Position numbers and translations under genes: made by a program
Part shown: positions 30,234 through 39,418 of the stretch, one piece after another
Layout: every line of letters begins with the position of its first letter
Position numbering within the stretch: the stretch's first letter is position 1
The notes under the pieces: generated by a model
What the model was told of the DNA's origin: nothing
Database searches by the model: none
Seen by the model: only the letters and a program-made list of their open reading frames with translations
Source: a bacterium
Lineage (GTDB): Bacteria; Patescibacteriota; Saccharimonadia; Saccharimonadales; SZUA-47
DNA length: 64,000 bases
Assembly (NCBI GenBank): GCA_030427445.1
Contig: JAUIBQ010000003.1
Location: 1,931-65,930, forward strand
Direction: 5' to 3'

Positions 30234-31748
30234 CTATATTGCACTTTTCTTATGAGCGCGGATGTACTGTTTTAAAATCGCCGCTTTCTTCTCGCCGAGT
30301 ATTTTCTCAAGGTCAGCAGTACGTGCTTGCATGACACCGCGTACGCTACCAAATTCACGGATGAGTTTTTTACGCGTTGCTACACCTATGCCGGGCACTT
30401 CATCGAGCCAACTCGTCGTCTGTCTGTTTCGCTTCAGCGTCGAGTGGTAAGTGACCGCAAACCGATGTGATTCATCACGTACACGCTGTAGTAGCTTCAC
30501 AACATCTGTATTTTTACCAAGCTCGACAAGGATAAACTCTTCATTCTCAGTGACTCTACTGTCAAATTGCAATTTTTTCGCAATTTGTATGTTAAATGTG
30601 ACATTTGAAGTTTCTTTATGGATGACGATTTCTTCTTCACGCTTCGCAAGGCCAATCATTGGTGTGTCGTGACCGAGCTCGTTGCGTGCACGGATTGCTG
30701 CCTGCAACTGCCCTTTACCTCCATCTATCAAAAATAGATTTGGTTTACCCCACTGTTTTACATTTTTAGGACTAAGCCTGCGAGAAATCACTTCATGCAT
30801 ATGCGCAAAATCGTCATTGCCTTTGATCCGCATCTTGAACTTTCGGTAATCACTTTTCAGCGGCATACCGCTCACAAACACTACCATACTTGCCACATTA
30901 TCAGTTCCTGACATATGCGATATGTCGTAACCTTCAATTCGCCTCGGTGGACTTTCTAGCCCCAGTAATTCTTGTAAACCTTGTAGCCCCCTATCCTTAC
31001 TTAAATCCATAAACTCTCTGTCACTAAATATAATTTGTTTCTTCAAGCTGTTTAGTTCATAGAGCTTATTTCGCAAGGCTGCTGCCTTTTCGAAGTCTTG
31101 CTCTTTTGCTGCAAGCTTCATTTCTTTTTCAATAGCTCGAACGATTTTTACACGATTTCCGCGTAGATAAGACATTAAGATTCGCAAGTTCTTACGGTAC
31201 TCTTCTAGACTTGTTTTGCCAGTTGCGATGCCTGGATCAAGTCCAATCTGTTCATAGAGCTTTGAACCCATTGTTGCTTCTTTTTCGCGAGTTGCAAACG
31301 GGAAAATTCTCCTGAGTAATCGCAACGCTCTCTTAACCGCATATCCTTGGATGTACGGTCCAAAATACTCAGCACCGTCATCAAGTGGACGACGCGTCAT
31401 AGTGACGGTCGGGTGTTGACTATTGATGTCTATCCGCACATATTGCAGACTCTTATCATCACGAAGCAAGATGTTGTAAGGAGGCTGATACCGACGTATC
31501 ATCTCCGCTTCAAGGAATAGTGCATCAATCTCCGTCTCAACCTCTATCCACTCCAAGTCGACGATTTCTTCAACTAAAGCTTCGGTCTTCGGGTCACGTG
31601 CACGTGATTTTTGGAAATATTGACGAACACGGTTTCGTAACACCGCTGCTTTACCGACATAAATAATCTCATCCTTGGAGTTTTTATGGAAATACACTCC
31701 AGGAGTTTTTGGTAATTCTTTAAGTTTTTCAGCTAGAGCTTTGTTCAC
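30234..31748 (-). CDS. uvrC: Excinuclease ABC subunit C (short form)
   Basis: 504-aa ORF with a GIY-YIG N-terminus (GVYFHKNSKDEIIYVGKA...RVRQY), a UVR region, an RNase-H-like endonuclease domain and a C-terminal HhH. Confidence 0.85.
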   Translation of the reverse strand: MNKALAEKLKELPKTPGVYFHKNSKDEIIYVGKAAVLRNRVRQYFQKSRARDPKTEALVEEIVDLEWIEVETEIDALFLEAEMIRRYQPPYNILLRDDKSLQYVRIDINSQHPTVTMTRRPLDDGAEYFGPYIQGYAVKRALRLLRRIFPFATREKEATMGSKLYEQIGLDPGIATGKTSLEEYRKNLRILMSYLRGNRVKIVRAIEKEMKLAAKEQDFEKAAALRNKLYELNSLKKQIIFSDREFMDLSKDRGLQGLQELLGLESPPRRIEGYDISHMSGTDNVASMVVFVSGMPLKSDYRKFKMRIKGNDDFAHMHEVISRRLSPKNVKQWGKPNLFLIDGGKGQLQAAIRARNELGHDTPMIGLAKREEEIVIHKETSNVTFNIQIAKKLQFDSRVTENEEFILVELGKNTDVVKLLQRVRDESHRFAVTYHSTLKRNRQTTSWLDEVPGIGVATRKKLIREFGSVRGVMQARTADLEKILGEKKAAILKQYIRAHKKSAI

Positions 31749-31765
31749 TCTACTATTTTATCAAT

Positions 31766-32308
31766 TTAACAAACTTCAAGTTCTACAGTTTTACCAATTG
31801 AATCAGGACTAGCCAAAAAACTATTTAAAGCATCTCGTGCTTCACCGCTCATGTTTCTGTAAAAATCTTCTTCTGCGCTCAAAGAATTATTACCAGTAAC
31901 TCTTCCAATGATCGCTAACGGGTTGTCATTATTGTTTACCACTGTTTCACCAACGTAACAATCCCCCGAAGTAGCTGGTTCATTAGTAGTCTCTCCAGCA
32001 CCAATACGCAATTCTTGACCACTTAAATCTATATCTATGTCTGGAGCGCTCAAGCTAATATCTTCAGTTCCAAAAGCACCAGTAAATGCATTCCAGTTCC
32101 CTTTAGCTACTTCAGTTAGTCCACCTTCTCTAAAATCAGTAATATTTTCTGCACAACCTCTAAAGCCACCTGCAATCGCAGCAAATACTGCAAATGCAGC
32201 AACTTTTGTTCCATAACCACCTAGACGCAGTCTTGGGTTCTCGCCACTTTCATTAACATAGTTCTTCACTTTTTGACGACGTGTAGTGTCGTTCTCTGTA
32301 TAAGACAT
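31766..32308 (-). CDS. Hypothetical membrane-anchored protein
   Basis: 180-aa ORF with one hydrophobic helix (VAAFAVFAAIAGGF). No recognisable motif. Confidence 0.5.
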   Translation of the reverse strand: MSYTENDTTRRQKVKNYVNESGENPRLRLGGYGTKVAAFAVFAAIAGGFRGCAENITDFREGGLTEVAKGNWNAFTGAFGTEDISLSAPDIDIDLSGQELRIGAGETTNEPATSGDCYVGETVVNNNDNPLAIIGRVTGNNSLSAEEDFYRNMSGEARDALNSFLASPDSIGKTVELEVC

Positions 32309-32365
32309 TATTTAAAACTCCTTGAATTTAGTTCAGTTTATAACTTTTGAGCATTTTTGTCAATA

Positions 32366-33106
32366 CTATTCTAGACTACCATACATCTCTGAAAGATTTT
32401 GATAGATTTTGTTCACCATATCTAATCGGTCACGAACTCCATCAGGATTGTTACGCCACGGTGCAAAGCGTCCGTCATTACTTAAGCCGTTGTCATGATG
32501 TGGGCCATTTTTTGCCCATTCATATAATTGATAGGCGTGGTCTGCATTTGCTTGCGGATGAAAATTCATTCTCCAGTCTCTAATACCTTCACATGATATA
32601 TCTCCATTTGGCTGACAATATATTTGAGATGTACCCACAGAACGATCTCCACTCAGATTCCAATTAACGTCTCCTACTGCTCCAGGATGATAATTAGATT
32701 CTTTGCCATCGATTGCTGTCTTAATAACTAAGTCATTTCCCCTAAACCCTGCAATATAGTTGTAGCGCATAGCATCCTCAACAGAAATTTGCTCACCTAG
32801 AATAACACTCGTACCTCTTTCTTGGGCAATTCTCAGTGCTTCGCCAGGATCAACCACTTGGTAAGGTGCTAGATCATTCTGCATGTTTTGAGCAATTTCG
32901 TTTGAAGGTGTCTTCTCATAAGTAGTACCTCCATTAGCAATATTGTCAGCAAAATCCACAGCACTTGCTGCGGCTTTCGATATATCAGTGTCTGGATTTC
33001 CTGAACAATATCCTAAACTGAATAATGCCACTCCTCCTACTAAATAATACTTAACTCTCATAGGAGGTATTCGTGCATCTAAAACTGAACGTAATATATC
33101 TGCCAT
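32366..33106 (-). CDS. Hypothetical secreted protein, possibly lysozyme-like/SLT-type
   Basis: 246-aa ORF with an N-terminal anchor. ESNYHPGAVGDVN...SVGTSQI and a C-terminal W-rich region loosely resemble transglycosylase/lysozyme-like domains. This is a weak call. Confidence 0.35.
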   Translation of the reverse strand: MADILRSVLDARIPPMRVKYYLVGGVALFSLGYCSGNPDTDISKAAASAVDFADNIANGGTTYEKTPSNEIAQNMQNDLAPYQVVDPGEALRIAQERGTSVILGEQISVEDAMRYNYIAGFRGNDLVIKTAIDGKESNYHPGAVGDVNWNLSGDRSVGTSQIYCQPNGDISCEGIRDWRMNFHPQANADHAYQLYEWAKNGPHHDNGLSNDGRFAPWRNNPDGVRDRLDMVNKIYQNLSEMYGSLE

Positions 33107-33153
33107 ATCTTTATATTATAGCATAGATTTGGTTTTTAAGCAATAGTGTTTTG

Positions 33154-34008
33154 TTATACTAACTCTTTAGTAGCGCAATCTTTACAGATAACATGTAGTT
33201 TACGGCGGACATTCGTTGAATTCATGAGATTTGAGGTGTTTTTACCGCATTTTTCGCAACTCGCGATGTCTTTTGATTTATCAGAAAACGCCATCTGCAT
33301 CCGGTCGTCAAAGACGAATAGCTTGCCCTCCCATAATCCTTCATCGGCATACTTTTCGCCGTATCGGACAATGCCACCATCCATCTGATAGACCTCGTCA
33401 TAGCCACGATTTTTCATCATGGCACTTAAGATTTCACAGCGTATTCCGCCTGTACAATACGTAACAATCGGCTTATCCTTGTGCTTCGCGATCTCTCCCT
33501 CTTCAATATCTTTTATAAAATCGCGAGATGTTTCAGTTTTTGGCACGATGGTGTTTTTGAATTTCCCGATTTGCGCTTCATACATATTCCGTCCATCGTA
33601 GAAAATCACATCGTCGCCCTTTTCTTCAACTAATTTATGAAGTTCTTCAGGTTTTAGATGGACACCACCGTTTTCTATACCGTTTTTACCTACTACTATT
33701 TCGTCAGATGCATTGAATGCAACGATTTCTGGCTTCACTTTTACCTTAAGCTTCGGGAAATCTTCTACGTCTTTGCTACCGTCACTCCACTTAAAATCAA
33801 TACCTTTGAAATCATCAGTTTCGTTCATTGCTCTGCAGTAGGCTTTGAGATCTTGCATATCTCCCCCAAGTGTTCCGTTGATACCGTGCGGGCTTATCAA
33901 GATACGACCCTTTAGCCCGAGGCGCATGCAGAGCTCTTTCTGCCAGCGCTTTGCCATCTCTGGGTCAGCAATCGGTGTAAATTTATAATAAAGAATAATT
34001 TTTTTCAT
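33154..34008 (-). CDS. trhO: Rhodanese-domain protein, UPF0176/TrhO family (tRNA U34 hydroxylase-like)
   Basis: 284-aa ORF with an N-terminal UPF0176 region, rhodanese active site YCTGGIRCE and a C-terminal Cys cluster. Confidence 0.75.
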   Translation of the reverse strand: MKKIILYYKFTPIADPEMAKRWQKELCMRLGLKGRILISPHGINGTLGGDMQDLKAYCRAMNETDDFKGIDFKWSDGSKDVEDFPKLKVKVKPEIVAFNASDEIVVGKNGIENGGVHLKPEELHKLVEEKGDDVIFYDGRNMYEAQIGKFKNTIVPKTETSRDFIKDIEEGEIAKHKDKPIVTYCTGGIRCEILSAMMKNRGYDEVYQMDGGIVRYGEKYADEGLWEGKLFVFDDRMQMAFSDKSKDIASCEKCGKNTSNLMNSTNVRRKLHVICKDCATKELV

Positions 34009-34023
34009 GAATCTAGTTGTTAG

Positions 34024-36075
34024 CTAGTTAGAGCAGTCTTGGCTGCTCGTAACGATTGTTTCTCGGTTATTACCACACAAGATTATATCACTTTTATCTG
34101 ATTTCAGCGAGCCCATGATGAGCCACAGCACACATGCGATCACTACCACGAACAGAAGCGCTATCCAACCAGTTTTGCGCTTAATCAACGAACCGTTTTG
34201 TGCTTTTTTCAGCAATGTACCTAGCTCTGAAGCCTGTGCACTTTCTTCTGCATATCGTTGGAAGTATGCTTGTTTTTCTTCGTCGGTTTCAAGTGTAAAT
34301 GGATCTTTATGATAAAAATCATCAGCTATTTCCCGCGCGTACTCAGCCGCAGCTCTTTGCTTCGCCTCTTCACTAACGGGTTTTTCCTGAGCTGTTCTCG
34401 CTTGCTCTAGTTTCTCGCGGTGTTTAGCAAGTTCTTTTTCGTCTGGTTTAATGCTATTTCTGATGATTGTCTCATAGCTTCCAGTCCCTTTCCGCCAATA
34501 TCTCTTTGTCGTCTCAAGTAATGTCTGTTGATCAATTCTTTTTTCATTAAAAGCATCAACCACTCTGACACCATCCACAACGATGTCTTTAGCCTGCACT
34601 TTCAACTCTTGCTCGGTCATCTGCTCGAAGCGCTTACGCGTATTCTCTGAACCGTCTATTTTACGTCGTTCGACAAACATATTCAGCCCGCTCAAGTGAA
34701 CTTCGGCCATCTTTTTGATGCTCCCTTCTTCGTGGAGCCGTTCAGTCGTCTTACGTTTCTCGCTAACTTTCTGTCTTTCCTGCTGCTTTCGTACAAAAAC
34801 CTGGATACGTTCTTTGTTTGTTTTTTCTATTGGTTTCTCCTCGTTAGTCTGCTTGTCGTTCTTGCTCGCCTCTTTTGGTTCCGGACTTTTTTTACGTAGC
34901 TCACTCTTTAGGCGAGTTGTCTCCTCGGCGTGCCGCATAGCTACTTCGCGCACTCTTTCTTCACGATATGCAATCTCATCATGTAGTTTTGCTACATCTT
35001 TCTCTAAGTTGTCGATTTTCGGTTGCAGTTTTTTCTCTGTGCGTTTCCTGCCACCACGACGTCCTATGACGTACCCGACTATGCCACCAATCAGCAGATG
35101 TTTGGCTCGTTTTCTTCGATACCACGTAGAAGATTCTACTCTGCTAAGTGAATTGTCGTGCGCCGATGAAGCGACAGTATGGTTTGGTGAGTTAGGTGGA
35201 ATATTCAGGTTAAAATGTTGGCCTCCGTAATTCGGTGGAGGTCCTCCGCCAAGTGGTGGCGGGGTGTTTGGAGGTTGCTGTGGGCTAAAAGGTCCGCTTG
35301 GCTGAGTGTGATGTTGATTTTGATTGTTGTTATTCGGCTGCTGAGGAGGCTGTTGATGCACATTGTGGCCACCCATGTGTTGCGCTTGCTGTTGTTGAGT
35401 TGGTTGTTGCTGAACCTGCGCAGTAGTCGAGTCATCTTCTTCGTCTACTACTTCTTTATCAGAAGCTACATCGATCGAGGGCTCGCTGAACTCTGTTGCG
35501 TACTCGAGATCTTCAAGAGTTTCCTGCTCAGCATTGTCTAACATATCTTCAGTGAGGTCTTCACCACTACCGATATGTCGCTCAACACTTGTCAAGAATG
35601 CCGCTGCCGCGAGCTCCCCGGCTTCTTCAGGAGAATCCGGCTCAACTCGCGTTAAATTATCTGCAACATCTTCTTGTCTCGCTTGAGTGACATGCGAAGC
35701 AATTTCCCGCGCTTCAGCCTCTGAAATATCTTCTTCAGTCTGGTCATTTTCCACGCCATTTTGCTCTTTTACTTCTTTCGATTCAACAGCATTTTCATTT
35801 TTGCTAACTGTATCAAAATGTCCTTTATCTTCTTTTTTCTCGTTTGCATCGTCGAAAAAGCTCTTCTTATCTTGCTCGTCAGTGTCTTTTTGTTTGGGAG
35901 CGAAAAAGGACGCTTTTCTGTTTTCCGGGGCCTTCGTGTCTTTCTCGGTAGTCTTTTTTTCGGATTTTTTAGATGATTTCTTGTCACGCGAAGACTCACT
36001 CCCGGAAAGGCCTTTTTCGGGATTATGCTTCAATCGTTCATTATCATCTGTCATAGTCTCCACACATTTTAACAA
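34024..36075 (-). CDS. Large low-complexity membrane protein (acidic/lysine-rich regions, Q/N/P-rich core)
   Basis: 683-aa ORF. It contains QQQPTQQQQAQHMGGHNVHQQPPQQPNNNNQNQHH...PPPLGGGPPPNYGG, a mid-protein TM helix (LLIGGIVGYVIG) and a C-terminal TM helix. The probable start is MTDDNERL at 36054. Confidence 0.6.
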   Translation of the reverse strand: MLKCVETMTDDNERLKHNPEKGLSGSESSRDKKSSKKSEKKTTEKDTKAPENRKASFFAPKQKDTDEQDKKSFFDDANEKKEDKGHFDTVSKNENAVESKEVKEQNGVENDQTEEDISEAEAREIASHVTQARQEDVADNLTRVEPDSPEEAGELAAAAFLTSVERHIGSGEDLTEDMLDNAEQETLEDLEYATEFSEPSIDVASDKEVVDEEDDSTTAQVQQQPTQQQQAQHMGGHNVHQQPPQQPNNNNQNQHHTQPSGPFSPQQPPNTPPPLGGGPPPNYGGQHFNLNIPPNSPNHTVASSAHDNSLSRVESSTWYRRKRAKHLLIGGIVGYVIGRRGGRKRTEKKLQPKIDNLEKDVAKLHDEIAYREERVREVAMRHAEETTRLKSELRKKSPEPKEASKNDKQTNEEKPIEKTNKERIQVFVRKQQERQKVSEKRKTTERLHEEGSIKKMAEVHLSGLNMFVERRKIDGSENTRKRFEQMTEQELKVQAKDIVVDGVRVVDAFNEKRIDQQTLLETTKRYWRKGTGSYETIIRNSIKPDEKELAKHREKLEQARTAQEKPVSEEAKQRAAAEYAREIADDFYHKDPFTLETDEEKQAYFQRYAEESAQASELGTLLKKAQNGSLIKRKTGWIALLFVVVIACVLWLIMGSLKSDKSDIILCGNNRETIVTSSQDCSN

Positions 36076-36236
36076 AAAGTTTTTGCTTTACAGAGAAAAC
36101 TGGTTTATAGTTATGCATCAAGATATATAACGAAGCGTGCAAAAAACCTAGTTGGTCGGGGAACCGTAATGACCAACAACCCTAAACAAAAACAATCCAT
36201 TAAAAACAAACAACTAGTAACCTGGGAGATTTTGAT

Positions 36237-38030
36237 ATGGGTAAGGCTACCGCCGAATCTAACAAAATGACTATTCGCGTGTATTGGGAGCACGCGAAGA
36301 AGTACAAAAAACAGCTATTAACCATCTACCCTACGATGGTTGTTGCTCAAGTTGTTGAAGATTTTATCCAGCCAGTACTGATAAGCGGCATCATCACAAA
36401 CATCGCCCAAGGCAACACTGACGAGCTTCAGCTAAGCGTTGTGTGGCCTATCCTTGTTGTCATAGCGTTCACAGAAATTTTTGGACACCTTCTGTGGAAC
36501 CGTTTTATCATCCCACTATTCTGGCGCACCCAAGAAATGATCCAGCGCGACCTTGCGATGACTGTATTTAAACACTTGCAAACGATGAGCTATCGGTTTT
36601 ACTCAGATAGATTCGCGGGAAGCCTGGTAAACCAAGCAAATAAGTTTGTCGGATCATTTGAGCGACTTACTGACGCGTTAACGTGGAATGTCTTTAAATT
36701 AATTGTTGCAGCTCTAGCGACATTTGTTATTTTAATGCCAAGAATCCCAGCCGTAGCCATAGCTATACTTGTGATTGCGCTGATTTACATACCACTTGTA
36801 TGGCAATTCAGAAAAGGCCAACTTCCATACAACAGAAAATGGGCAACTGCTGAGTCTAGACGCACGGGACAGCTCGCAGACACAATCAGCAACATCCTTG
36901 CAGTGAAATCCTTCTCTAACTCAACGTTTGAACAGAAACTCATGCAAGATCGAGTGGATGATGTCTTTGGCAGTTCTATGGATACGATGCGATTCACGAT
37001 GAACCACGAACTACCAATTGGCTTCGTGCAGCGTTCAATCAATGTCATCACGATCGTCATTTCTATATTGCTCGCAATAAATGGAAATGTCGAAGTAGGT
37101 ACAATTTACCTTGCACTCACCTTCACCATGACAATCATGCGTAAATTATGGGATCTGAACAACACCTTCAGGCAGTTCAACCGTGTGTTTGGTGATGCAA
37201 GTGACATGGCAATGATTCTCGCTATCTCTCCTGAAGTAGATGACCATAAAGACACCAAGGATTTTAAAGCAGTAACTGGAGCTATCGGTTTTAGTGGTGT
37301 AACGTTTTGGTACCCCGAAAGAACTGAGTCAGAGAGCTTATTTACGGACTTTAACTTAAACATTAAAAGTGGTGAGAAGATTGGCTTAGTCGGCCCATCT
37401 GGTGGTGGCAAGACCTCGATTACAAAGCTTCTTCTTCGCTTCATGGACGTACAAAAAGGACAGATATTAATCGACGGGCACAATATCTCTGAAATATCCC
37501 AAGACGACCTACGACGTGCTATCTCATATGTACCACAAGAACCTCTACTATTCCATCGCTCAATCCGTGAGAACATTGCATATGGAAAAGATTCTGCAAC
37601 TGAAAATGACATCATTGAAGCAGCTAAAAAAGCACATGCACTTGAGTTTATTAACGATCTCCCTGACGGCATGGAAACACTTGTAGGTGAGCGTGGAGTA
37701 AAGCTTTCTGGTGGTCAGAAACAGCGTATAGCTATCGCGAGATCCATGCTGAAAGACGCACCTATAGTAGTACTGGATGAGGCGACGTCTGCACTTGACT
37801 CTGAGAGTGAAGTCGCGATTCAGGATGCTCTCAAAGAGTTAATGAAAAGCAAGACAGCCATTGTCATTGCGCATAGATTAAGCACGATACAAAATATGGA
37901 CAGGATTATCGTGCTTGATAATGGTGAGATTGTCGAAGAAGGAACGCACAGCCAGCTACTAAAAAATAAAAAAGGCACATACGCCAAGCTCTGGTCACAC
38001 CAGTCTGGCGGGTTCCTCCAAGATGACTAA
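36237..38030 (+). CDS. ABC transporter, fused permease/ATPase (MsbA/exporter type)
   Basis: 597-aa ORF with a six-helix TMD, Walker A GPSGGGKTS, signature LSGGQKQR and Walker B VVLDEATSALD. Confidence 0.9.
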   Translation: MGKATAESNKMTIRVYWEHAKKYKKQLLTIYPTMVVAQVVEDFIQPVLISGIITNIAQGNTDELQLSVVWPILVVIAFTEIFGHLLWNRFIIPLFWRTQEMIQRDLAMTVFKHLQTMSYRFYSDRFAGSLVNQANKFVGSFERLTDALTWNVFKLIVAALATFVILMPRIPAVAIAILVIALIYIPLVWQFRKGQLPYNRKWATAESRRTGQLADTISNILAVKSFSNSTFEQKLMQDRVDDVFGSSMDTMRFTMNHELPIGFVQRSINVITIVISILLAINGNVEVGTIYLALTFTMTIMRKLWDLNNTFRQFNRVFGDASDMAMILAISPEVDDHKDTKDFKAVTGAIGFSGVTFWYPERTESESLFTDFNLNIKSGEKIGLVGPSGGGKTSITKLLLRFMDVQKGQILIDGHNISEISQDDLRRAISYVPQEPLLFHRSIRENIAYGKDSATENDIIEAAKKAHALEFINDLPDGMETLVGERGVKLSGGQKQRIAIARSMLKDAPIVVLDEATSALDSESEVAIQDALKELMKSKTAIVIAHRLSTIQNMDRIIVLDNGEIVEEGTHSQLLKNKKGTYAKLWSHQSGGFLQDD

Positions 38031-38039
38031 TAATTATAC

Positions 38040-38258
38040 CTAGTCTTCAACCTCATTAAACCACTCATCAGGCATAGGTATTGTATTTGCACCCACTACA
38101 TCTCTCTTACGTTGCTCGCCAATAACTCTTTCGTGTCTTTTAAGCTCATCGTCTAAAGCCTGTTGTTCTCTTGGGTCATAGTCAAGAGGCTTCCCCGACA
38201 TAGTCTTGGAAGCCTCTTCAATAAGTTCTTCTGCTCGCTTAGGTGAGAGCTCGCTCAT
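38040..38258 (-). CDS. Hypothetical small acidic protein
   Basis: 72-aa ORF with its stop 9 nt from the convergent ABC-transporter gene stop. No motif. Coding status rests on length and position only. Confidence 0.4.
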   Translation of the reverse strand: MSELSPKRAEELIEEASKTMSGKPLDYDPREQQALDDELKRHERVIGEQRKRDVVGANTIPMPDEWFNEVED

Positions 38259-38266
38259 TACTTTGT

Positions 38267-38935
38267 TTATTCTGATTTATTGTCAGAGTCGTCTTCTGAA
38301 GATTCGTCGGAGTCACCGCCGTTGTTACTTGGGACATCTGCAGCATCCACGTCTTCATCTTCTTCTGGTTCTTCGACTGCTCGTGGTTCTTCAACAACTG
38401 CCAGTGTTAGTTCAGATTCTGAAATCATCTCAACACCTTTGGCAACGTCTTTGATGTCCGCTACTGTAAGTGAGTCTCCAGGATTTACAAGTGTTTCAGC
38501 AGAAACTTCAAAAGACTCTGGGAGGTCAGCAGGCTTCGCTTTAACTACGACGTGATCGTTTGGTCGTACTAAGAAATTACCTGTCTGCTCAGCTGGTACA
38601 TCTCCTACGATGTGTACTGGGATTTCAGCTTCGACTTCCCTGTCAGCTCGAACCGCGTGAAATTCTACGTGCATATACGTGTTCTTTGCAGGGTCGACAT
38701 GAACGTGCTTAATCATAGCGAGACGCTCTTTGCCTTCGATTTTAAGATGTACTGGCTGTCCGTATCCTGCGCTAGCAAATGCTTTTACAAATGGCTGGTA
38801 TTCGACTTTAACATTCACTGAATCTTTTCCGTGTTGGTAAATAGTTGCAGGGATAAATCCTTCTGCTCGCACGGCTGATACTTTTTTGCCCGTTATTTCT
38901 CGTTTTTGTGCTGCTAATTCAATATTAGTCGACAT
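38267..38935 (-). CDS. rplY: 50S ribosomal protein L25 / general stress protein Ctc, with acidic C-terminal tail
   Basis: 222-aa ORF with the N-terminal L25 fold signature (RAEGFIPATIYQHGKDS...). The C-terminal 45 aa are rich in E, D and S. Confidence 0.8.
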   Translation of the reverse strand: MSTNIELAAQKREITGKKVSAVRAEGFIPATIYQHGKDSVNVKVEYQPFVKAFASAGYGQPVHLKIEGKERLAMIKHVHVDPAKNTYMHVEFHAVRADREVEAEIPVHIVGDVPAEQTGNFLVRPNDHVVVKAKPADLPESFEVSAETLVNPGDSLTVADIKDVAKGVEMISESELTLAVVEEPRAVEEPEEDEDVDAADVPSNNGGDSDESSEDDSDNKSE

Positions 38936-39019
38936 TTTTCTCTCAATCCTATAGCAGACTTGTAATCACATGCTGCTTCTTTAAATAATTACGTTTCGAA
39001 AGTGTATTATAACAGATTT

Positions 39020-39388
39020 TTACGACTCAAAAAAGAGCCTGCCATCGAGAGCATACTCAATAACAGTCTCTTCCGACATCTGACGATTTTTATCTTTCCG
39101 TGTAAATCGCACCCCACCTGCTGCTTTATGTTTTAGCGACTCATCTCTAGAACTCCCTGGAACTGGAACAGTATCCATGAGAGATTCACCATACGCTCGC
39201 TCGAAAGTCGGGAGTACATCTTGCCAAACTTTATAATCCTCGTATGTACCTACTAATTGAACGTATGCGTGCCCCAAAACCACAGCAAGCTTTTGCTTGT
39301 CATCATCTGTAAAAAACGGATATACGCTTAACACATCACTAAAAAGCTGAGATGGATGATCAAGATATTGTTCAGTTATGGCACTCAT
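39020..39388 (-). CDS. Hypothetical protein
   Basis: 122-aa ORF immediately downstream of uvrA. No recognisable motif. Confidence 0.5.
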   Translation of the reverse strand: MSAITEQYLDHPSQLFSDVLSVYPFFTDDDKQKLAVVLGHAYVQLVGTYEDYKVWQDVLPTFERAYGESLMDTVPVPGSSRDESLKHKAAGGVRFTRKDKNRQMSEETVIEYALDGRLFFES

Positions 39389-39418
39389 AATACTAAGATA
39401 TAAAAAGTAATTATTATA

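Noticed and set aside
36151-36200. A preQ1-I-like hairpin (GTTGGTC-N13-GACCAAC) followed by an A-rich tail, upstream of the ABC exporter.
   Set aside because: The loop and tail do not match the conserved preQ1-I nucleotides I recall. The downstream gene is not a queuosine-related transporter. It is probably just a leader hairpin.
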